The notes under the pieces: generated by a model | Database searches by the model: none | What the model was told of the DNA's origin: nothing | The model's input: only the letters and a program-made list of their open reading frames with translations | Made by a program: the position numbers and the translations under genes | In this document: positions 57,323 to 64,000 of the stretch, in pieces | Layout of the letters: the number at the start of each line of letters is the position of its first letter | Position numbering within the stretch: position 1 is the stretch's first letter | Assembly: GCA_031372565.1 (NCBI GenBank) | Contig: JANMLN010000032.1 | Location: 1-64,000, forward strand | Length of the DNA: 64,000 nt | From: Gemmatimonadota bacterium | Lineage (GTDB): Bacteria > Gemmatimonadota > Gemmatimonadetes > Gemmatimonadales > Gemmatimonadaceae | Direction of reading: 5' to 3'

Positions 57323-58495
57323 CTACTTGAGGATCGCCTTGGCGATCGTGTTGAGCTGCATGTTGGACGTGCCCTCGTAGATCGTGCCGATCTTCGCGTC
57401 GCGGTAGAACTTCTCGACCATGTAATCAGTCGTATACCCGGCGCCGCCGAGCAGTTCCACGGAAAGGGATGTCGCGCGCTCGGCCACCTGACTGGAGAAG
57501 AGCTTGGCCATCGCGCCTTCCGTGGCAATGTCGTGCCCGGCGTCCTTGAGCCGCGCGGCGTTGTAGACCATGAGGCGGGCCGCCTCGACCTCGGTCTGCG
57601 CCTGCGCCAACTGGAACTGGACCGCCTGGAACTCCGAGAGCGCCTTCCCGAACTGCTTGCGCTCCTTGATGAACCGCTTGGCATGATCGAGCGCGCCCTG
57701 CGCGACGCCGATCATCTGGGCGCCGATGCCGATCCGCCCTTCGTTGAGCGTTTCGATGGCGACCTTGTAGCCCTGGCCGACGGGCCCGAGCACATTTGCC
57801 CCCGGCACGCGCACCTGGTCGAGGAGCAGCTCGCACGTGCTGGACGCCCGGATGCCGAGCTTGTCCTCCTTCTTGCCCACGGCGAAGCCCGCGAAGTCGC
57901 GTTCGACGATGAAGCAGGTGATCCCCTTGTACCCCTTCGACGGATCGATGGTGGCGAACACGAGGAAGACGCCCGCCTCGGCGCCGTTCGTGATCCACAG
58001 CTTGCGCCCCGTGAGCAGCCAGTCGTCGCCATCGCGCACCGCGCGCGTCTCGAGCGCAAAGGCGTCGGAGCCGCTGCCCGCCTCCGACAAGGCATACGCG
58101 CCAATCGTGCCGGTCGTGGTGGCTGCCAGGTACTGCGTCTTCTGCGCCTCCGTCGCGTACGTGAGCAGCGGGTACTGGACCAGCGTGTTCTGCACGTCAA
58201 CGAGAATGGCTGCCGCCGGGTCCACCTTGCTCAGCTCCTCGACGGCGAGCGTCACCATCATCACGGAGCCGCCCGCGCCACCGTACCGCTCGGGCACCTG
58301 AATGCCGAGGAGGCCCAGCTCGGCGTACTTGGGAATCAGATCAGCGGCAATGCGGCCTGCGCGCTCCATCTCGCGGACGCGCGGGGCGATCTCGCCGGCG
58401 GCAAACGCTGCCACGGCGTCACGGAAGGCCAACTCGTCGTCCGAGAGGACGGTCAGGGGTCCCGGCGCGGCCTGGGACGTCGCAGTCGAGGTCAT
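57323..58495 (-). CDS. Acyl-CoA dehydrogenase (short/branched-chain type)
   Basis: YALSEAGSGSDA, GRKLWITN, KLGIRAS, LNEGRIG, ERKQFG, YRDAKIGTIYEGT. Start at ATG 58495. Confidence 0.95.
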   Translation of the reverse strand: MTSTATSQAAPGPLTVLSDDELAFRDAVAAFAAGEIAPRVREMERAGRIAADLIPKYAELGLLGIQVPERYGGAGGSVMMVTLAVEELSKVDPAAAILVDVQNTLVQYPLLTYATEAQKTQYLAATTTGTIGAYALSEAGSGSDAFALETRAVRDGDDWLLTGRKLWITNGAEAGVFLVFATIDPSKGYKGITCFIVERDFAGFAVGKKEDKLGIRASSTCELLLDQVRVPGANVLGPVGQGYKVAIETLNEGRIGIGAQMIGVAQGALDHAKRFIKERKQFGKALSEFQAVQFQLAQAQTEVEAARLMVYNAARLKDAGHDIATEGAMAKLFSSQVAERATSLSVELLGGAGYTTDYMVEKFYRDAKIGTIYEGTSNMQLNTIAKAILK

Positions 58496-58500
58496 GCCAC

Positions 58501-58506
58501 ATTGTA
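58501..58506 (-). promoter_or_regulatory. Putative -10 box (TACAAT) 5 nt before the acyl-CoA dehydrogenase ATG
   Basis: Minus strand reads cccTACAATgtggcATG. Confidence 0.55.
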
Positions 58507-58521
58507 GGGCAGGCACTCCCC

Positions 58522-61500
58522 CTACGCCACCGCCACCCCGCTCGGCAACTGCTCCTCGTCCGTCACCCGCCGCGCCTCCCACCGCGCCAACCACCGATAC
58601 AGCGTCGGCAGCACGAACAGCGTCAGCACCGTGCTCGTCAGCAGCCCGCCAATCACCACGCTCGCCAGCGGCCGCTGCACCTCCGACCCCGCGCTCGTGC
58701 TCAACGCCATTGGCACGAACCCCAGCGCCGCCACCAGCGCCGTCATGAGCACGGGTCGCAGCCGGTCGCTCGCACCGGTGCGAACCGCGCCCTCGAGCTC
58801 CGCTCCGCCCGCGCGCAGTGCGTTGATGTAGCTCACCAGCACCACGCCGTTGAGCACCGCGATGCCGAACAGCGCGATGAACCCGATGGCGGCCGACAGG
58901 TTGAGGTTGAGCCCGCGCGCCCACAGCATCGCGACGCCGCCCACCAGCGCAAACGGCACGTTCGAGAGCACGAGCAGCGCCTGCGGCAGCGACCGGAAGC
59001 TCACCAGCAGGATGCCCAGAATCAGCGCGAGCGCCAGCGGCACCACGATCGTCAGCCGCCCCATCGCCCGCTGCTGGTTCTCGTACTGGCCGCCCCACTC
59101 GAGAAACACGCCGGGCGGCAGCGTCACCTCGCTGGCCACGCGTGCGCGCACCTCCGACACGAACCCGCCCAGATCACGCCCGCGCACGTTCGAGAGCACG
59201 AGTGCGCGCCGCTGTGCATCCTCGTGCCCGATCAGTTCCGGCGCGGTCGTGCTCACCAGCTCCGCCACCGACCCGAGCGACACCAGCGCGCCCGACGGCG
59301 CCCGCAACTGGATGCGGGTCAGCGCCGCAACATCGCTGCGCGCATCGTCGGGCAATCGGACGGCGATCCCGATCCGCCGCGGACCATCCACCAACTCGCT
59401 CGCCACCTGCGCCCCCATCGCGAGCTTGATGGCCTGCCGCACATCGGTCACCGACAGCCCGTACTGCGCCATCGATTCGCGCTTGAGCTGCATGCGGACC
59501 TGCCCCGCACCCTCGCTGACTTCGATCATCGCGTCGGCGTTGCCGGGCACGGCCTTCACGATGCGCAGCAGCTTGTGCGCGATCACCTGGTTCTGCTCGA
59601 GATCGGGGCCGGTCACCTTGATCCCCAAGTCGGTCTTGATGCCGCTCTCCGCCTCGTCCAGCCGCATCGCCAGCGGCTGCGTGAACGAGATGGTCAACCC
59701 GGGAATCACCGCCAGCGCCGAATCAAACGCCGCGATCAATCCCTCGCGATCCTTGGCCGTCGTCCACTCTTCGTGCGGCTTGAGGATCACGTACAGATCA
59801 CCCTCGAACAGCCCCATCGCCTCCGTCGCCAGATCTGGCCGCCCTTCCTTCGTCACTGCGGTGATGACTTCCGGGAACTGCTTCACGATCCGCTCGGCCT
59901 GCAGGCTCATCGTCGTCGCTTCGGCGAGCGAGATCGACGGAAGCCGGCGTGTGTTGATCAGGATGGCGCCCTCGTCCAGCTTGGGCATGAACTCCGTGCC
60001 GATCCAACCCAGTGATCCGACGCTCGCCACGATCAGCACCAGCGCGACGCCGACCACCAGCTTGCCGCGCGCCAGCGTCCACTCGAGCCAGCGCAGGTAG
60101 GTCACACGCGTCCTCACGAGCCACGGAATTTCCCGCTCCTCCGCGTGCTTGAGCAGCCACGAACTCACCGCAGGCACGTAGGTCAGCGCCAGCAGGAGCG
60201 AGCCGAGCACCGCGAACACGACGGTGAACGCCATCGGCGCGAACATGCGCCCCTCCATGCCGGTGAGCGTGAAGATCGGCAGGTACACCGCCACGATGAT
60301 CGCGATGCCGAACAGGATCGGGCGCGCCACTTCGGAGGCCGCCGAGTGGAAGAGCGTGAGCCGATGCGTCTCGTGCGGCGGCGCGTGCTCCAGTCGGCGC
60401 ACGAAGTTCTCGACCATCACCACGCTCGCGTCCACGATGAGGCCGAAGTCGAGCGCGCCGAGGCTCATCAGGTTCGCGCCGTACCCGAACAGGTACATCC
60501 CCGTGAAGGCCATCAGCATCGAGAGCGGGATCACGCTGGCCACGATCAACGAGGCGCGCACGTCGCGCAGGAACAGGAAGAGCACCGCGATCACCAGCAA
60601 CCCGCCTTCGGCGAGATTCTTCACGATCGTGATGGAGGTGCGCGACACGAGGTCGGTCTGGTCGTAGAACGGCGTGACGGTCACGCCCTTCGGCAGCGAC
60701 GCCTCGATCTCCGCCATGCGCGCCTTCACCGCCGCGATCACGCGACGGGAATCCGACCCCTTGAGCTTGAGCACCATCCCCGCGACCACTTCGCCCTTGC
60801 CGTCCTTCGTGACCGCGCCGTGGCGCGGCAGCGCGCCCTGCTTCACCGTCGCCACGTCGTTCACGCGCACCGGGCTTCCGCCCACGGTCGCAATCACGAT
60901 GCCGCCGATCTCGCTCGAGCGCTCCACGCGCCCGAGCCCCCGCAGCGTGAATCGCTCACCCGCGGTCTCCAGGTACGCGCCGCCGAAGCTCGCGTTGTTC
61001 TCCTTCAGCGCGCGATGCACGTCCGCCAGCGTGAGCCGCCGCGCCGCGAGCCGCGCCGGGTCGACCTCCACGTGGACTTGCTCGGTGTATCCGCCCCACA
61101 CGTTCACTTCTGCCACCCCGGACACCGAGCGCAGCCGCGGCCGGATCACGTAATCCTGGATGGTCTTGAGCTGCGTGAGCGACAACGAGTCGCTCGACAA
61201 CACATACTGGTAGAGCTCACCCATGGGGGTGGACAGGGGCGCCATCACCGGCTCGACCCCCGCAGGCAGCGCCCCTTTCGCATCGCTCAGCCGCTGTTGC
61301 ACCAGCGTGCGCGCAAAGTACGTGTCCGTCCCGTCCGTGAACGGCACCGTGATGAGCGATAACCCGAACTTGGACGTCGAGCGCACCCCCTCCGCGCCGG
61401 GGAGTCCCATCAGCGACTGCTCGACGGGCCAGGTGACCAACCGCTCCACCTCCTCGGGCGCGAGCCCTGGCGCGACCACGATCACGTCCACGCGCGTCCC

Positions 61501-61626
61501 CGTCAGGTCGGGGAACGCATCGAATGGAATCTTCGTGAGCGCCAACAGGCCCACCGCCACGAGCGCGAGCGCAGCACCGATGACGGTGCGCCGGAAGGTG
61601 AGCGCGAACCGCAGCAGGGCATCCAT
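58522..61626 (-). CDS. czcA: CzcA/CusA-family heavy-metal efflux RND transporter
   Basis: DAFPDL, NLMSLGALDFGLIVDASVVMVEN, EFMPKLDEG, RLRPVLMTA. Confidence 0.93.
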   Translation of the reverse strand: MDALLRFALTFRRTVIGAALALVAVGLLALTKIPFDAFPDLTGTRVDVIVVAPGLAPEEVERLVTWPVEQSLMGLPGAEGVRSTSKFGLSLITVPFTDGTDTYFARTLVQQRLSDAKGALPAGVEPVMAPLSTPMGELYQYVLSSDSLSLTQLKTIQDYVIRPRLRSVSGVAEVNVWGGYTEQVHVEVDPARLAARRLTLADVHRALKENNASFGGAYLETAGERFTLRGLGRVERSSEIGGIVIATVGGSPVRVNDVATVKQGALPRHGAVTKDGKGEVVAGMVLKLKGSDSRRVIAAVKARMAEIEASLPKGVTVTPFYDQTDLVSRTSITIVKNLAEGGLLVIAVLFLFLRDVRASLIVASVIPLSMLMAFTGMYLFGYGANLMSLGALDFGLIVDASVVMVENFVRRLEHAPPHETHRLTLFHSAASEVARPILFGIAIIVAVYLPIFTLTGMEGRMFAPMAFTVVFAVLGSLLLALTYVPAVSSWLLKHAEEREIPWLVRTRVTYLRWLEWTLARGKLVVGVALVLIVASVGSLGWIGTEFMPKLDEGAILINTRRLPSISLAEATTMSLQAERIVKQFPEVITAVTKEGRPDLATEAMGLFEGDLYVILKPHEEWTTAKDREGLIAAFDSALAVIPGLTISFTQPLAMRLDEAESGIKTDLGIKVTGPDLEQNQVIAHKLLRIVKAVPGNADAMIEVSEGAGQVRMQLKRESMAQYGLSVTDVRQAIKLAMGAQVASELVDGPRRIGIAVRLPDDARSDVAALTRIQLRAPSGALVSLGSVAELVSTTAPELIGHEDAQRRALVLSNVRGRDLGGFVSEVRARVASEVTLPPGVFLEWGGQYENQQRAMGRLTIVVPLALALILGILLVSFRSLPQALLVLSNVPFALVGGVAMLWARGLNLNLSAAIGFIALFGIAVLNGVVLVSYINALRAGGAELEGAVRTGASDRLRPVLMTALVAALGFVPMALSTSAGSEVQRPLASVVIGGLLTSTVLTLFVLPTLYRWLARWEARRVTDEEQLPSGVAVA

Positions 61627-61629
61627 GGT

Positions 61630-62832
61630 TCAGCCCCCCGCCGCCGCGCGCCGCTTGATCAGCTCGGCCTTGGCCACCGCGGCACCGCGCACGATCACCG
61701 CCGTGCCAGGCTCCACCCCGGCCAGCACCTCCGCCATCATCGGCGTGTGGCGGCCGACGCGCACCGGCATCGCACGCAGCCACATCCCCTCGCCGCGCTG
61801 TTCGGCGATCACCACCACCGTGTCTCCCTCGAGCGCCTGCACCGCGCCCGCCGGTACCACGATCGCCGCGGTGCCCGCAGGTCCAAGCAAGGACGCGTTC
61901 GCGAACATCTCGGCGCGCAAGCGGCGGGCCGGGTCTGCGACGACGGCCCACACCTCCACCGTGCGCGTGAGCGAATCCACCGAGGGTGCCACGCGCACGA
62001 CCCGCGCCGTGAACGTCTCGCCCGCATGCGCGGCCACGCTGAAGTGCACGTCCGCGCCGATGCGTGCCGCGCCAAGGGCCTGCTCAGGCACGTTGAGCAA
62101 GAGTTGCAGCGCGTCCACGCGCCCGATCGTGAGCAGCGGCTGTCCCACCAGGACGACACTTCCCGGTTGCGCATGGCGCACAATCACCGTGCCCGACTGC
62201 GGCGCGCGCACCACCACTTCATGCTCGTCGACGCCAGCCGGCGCCGGGCCGCTTCCCGCCAGGTGCTGCACCATGGCCTCCGCCCGAGCTCGCTCCGCCT
62301 TCGAGCGCGCCAGCTCCGCTTCTCCCTCGGCGGCCATCGACCGGGAGCGCTCGAGCTCCGCCTGTGAAAGCGCCTTCGCGGCAAAGAGCCGCTCGGCGCG
62401 CGCGCCGGCGGACACGGCGGCTCGCGCGGCCACCTCTGCCGCCATGAGTCCCGCATCGGCGCGTGACATGGCGGCGCGTGCGTCCATCATCTCGTGGCTG
62501 TGGATCAGCACCACCGCTTGCCCCGCCGTCACCTGATCGCCCGGCTGTACCAGCACCCGCGTGACGCGCCCTTCGGCGAACGCGCCCAGCGGCTGCGTCG
62601 TGCTCGGGTCGAGGATGATCCGCGCCGGCACGGCAAATGACTCGCGCCACGGCAGGGTGCGCACCGTGTCCACACCGAAGCCCCCCAGCGTCACGGCGCG
62701 CGCGGAGAGCAGCACCGTGTCGATCGGCGCGTCGAGGGAGGCGGCGGGGGCGGCCGACTTGCTGCACGCGGACAGGAACGCGGTAACGGTCACGATTGCG
62801 AACGAACGCATCGAGCGGTGCATCGGCATCAC
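61630..62832 (-). CDS. czcB: RND periplasmic adaptor (CzcB-like), lipoprotein
   Basis: LSAC lipobox; GRVTRVLVQPGDQV, VRAPQSG, TRTVEV, LRAEMF. Confidence 0.88.
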   Translation of the reverse strand: MMPMHRSMRSFAIVTVTAFLSACSKSAAPAASLDAPIDTVLLSARAVTLGGFGVDTVRTLPWRESFAVPARIILDPSTTQPLGAFAEGRVTRVLVQPGDQVTAGQAVVLIHSHEMMDARAAMSRADAGLMAAEVAARAAVSAGARAERLFAAKALSQAELERSRSMAAEGEAELARSKAERARAEAMVQHLAGSGPAPAGVDEHEVVVRAPQSGTVIVRHAQPGSVVLVGQPLLTIGRVDALQLLLNVPEQALGAARIGADVHFSVAAHAGETFTARVVRVAPSVDSLTRTVEVWAVVADPARRLRAEMFANASLLGPAGTAAIVVPAGAVQALEGDTVVVIAEQRGEGMWLRAMPVRVGRHTPMMAEVLAGVEPGTAVIVRGAAVAKAELIKRRAAAGG

Positions 62833-64000
62833 GGGATGTTCTCCAGGAGGGGCGCGCCCGTGGCGCGCCGCAGGTCGATCCGGGCGAGGTGCTGGTCCAC
62901 GAGCCAGCGCAGGGCCATCGCACGCGCATCCGCACTCGCGCGGCGGGCTTCGAGCAGTTCGAGCTGCGAAATACCGCCTTCGCGGTAGGCGACTTCGGCG
63001 ATCTGCGCGATCTCCGCCCCGCGCGCGCTCATCTGCGCCGGACGCACGGTGCGGGCGGCGTGCTGCGCCTCGAGTGTGCGCACAGCACCCGTCACGTCCG
63101 CCGTCACCCGGTTGCGCGCCTCGCGCAGGTCGGCCTCGGCCTGCTGGAGCGTGCCCAACGCCTGCTGCCGAGCACCGCCGTTGAGGTTGAACAGCGGAAG
63201 TGGCAGCGTCACGCCGAACTGCACACCGTCAAAGCCGCCGGTGCGCTTGGCGCCGCCGGTCAGCGTCAGATCGCTGACCACGCCGCGCCGCTCGGCGCCC
63301 AGTCGAAGCCCGGCCTCCTCGACCGCCTTCGCGCGTGCAAGCAACTCCGGGCGACGCGCACGCGCATCTTGCAGCGCATCGGCCATCGCGGGCGTGGACA
63401 GCTCGGGCGCATCGTTCGGCAGCGCGCCCGGCACCACCGCGCTGTCGCCCTCGACGCCGAGCGCGCGTGCGAACTCGGCCGTGGCGCGCGCCGCCTCGCT
63501 TTCTGCACTGGCGCGTGCCAACTGCGCCCGATCGGCTTCGAGGCGCGCGCGCAGGGCGACGACCGGGGCCACGCTCCCCTCGCGCAGCCGCGTTTCGTCG
63601 AACGCTGCAATGCCCTCGAGTGCCGTCTGCTGGTCGCGCGCGATGGCGGCGAGTTCGCGGGCAAGCGCCGCGCGGAACCAGGCGCGTGCCGCATCAACCA
63701 TGGCGTCACGCGCGAGAGCCGCGGAGTCGGCGGCGGAGCGGGCCACGAGGGCGCCGCCGGCGGCCCGGAGGCCGAGCCGCCGCCCCGTGAGGTCGAGCGG
63801 CAGCGTGGCGGTCACGAAGATGTCGGGGGGGAGCGGCGTGCGATCGTTCTCGCGCCGGTACTCGAGCGACGGATTCGGGAAGGTGCCGTCGACGCGCGCC
63901 TTGCCGCGGGCGGCCTCGCGGAGACCTGCCGCGTAGGCCACGAGCGGTGCGCGTTGCGCCGCCACGGTGATCGCGTCGGCGAGCGAGAGCACGCGGGCGC
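62829..64000 (-). CDS. czcC: TolC-family outer membrane factor (CzcC-like); 5' end outside the window
   Basis: LSLADAI, PNPSL, LPLPLFNLN, AYREGGISQLELLEAR. Confidence 0.88.
   Translation of the reverse strand, partial: ARVLSLADAITVAAQRAPLVAYAAGLREAARGKARVDGTFPNPSLEYRRENDRTPLPPDIFVTATLPLDLTGRRLGLRAAGGALVARSAADSAALARDAMVDAARAWFRAALARELAAIARDQQTALEGIAAFDETRLREGSVAPVVALRARLEADRAQLARASAESEAARATAEFARALGVEGDSAVVPGALPNDAPELSTPAMADALQDARARRPELLARAKAVEEAGLRLGAERRGVVSDLTLTGGAKRTGGFDGVQFGVTLPLPLFNLNGGARQQALGTLQQAEADLREARNRVTADVTGAVRTLEAQHAARTVRPAQMSARGAEIAQIAEVAYREGGISQLELLEARRASADARAMALRWLVDQHLARIDLRRATGAPLLENIP

Noticed and set aside
58496..59098. Apparent extension fusing acyl-CoA dehydrogenase into czcA
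   Set aside because: Overlaps czcA in another frame; the real start at 58495 has its own -10 box.
58522..64000. CzcCBA-like pump as a novelty
   Set aside because: Ordinary tripartite HME-RND organisation; metal specificity cannot be read reliably from the sequence.

Overview
High-GC, gene-dense chromosomal window. It most likely comes from a Gemmatimonadota-like bacterium; this is an inference from the expanded Hanks-type Ser/Thr kinases, barrel-less TonB-plug protein, futalosine menaquinone genes and PEP-CTERM proteins. Left to right it holds: a DNA-repair group (nth partial, non-canonical polX, DUF6671-like); a phd/vapC toxin-antitoxin pair; a kinase and a PP2C phosphatase; a 9-gene cell-envelope glycosylation locus; two TPR kinases coupled to mqnB-mqnD; divergent glgC/glgA; many peptidases and hydrolases plus an OPT transporter; a crotonase-amidase-PLC/P1-acyltransferase operon; a surface-protease cluster (PEP-CTERM S1 protease, subtilisin lipoprotein, PEP-CTERM protein, PrcB-like protein); an acyl-CoA dehydrogenase; and a CzcCBA-type efflux pump (partial). 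I saw no rRNA, tRNA, CRISPR array, transposase or integrase. The best candidates for undescribed biology are: (1) the protease cluster, where two sigma-54 promoters share the same IHF spacing and upstream palindrome; (2) an Arn-like lipid-linked-sugar locus with a pair of small paralogous membrane proteins in the flippase position; (3) a REP-like repeat read in the same frame at three translationally coupled gene starts; (4) a plant-FAAH-like amidase in an operon with a PLC-type Zn hydrolase. All family calls come from motifs read by eye, not from database searches.
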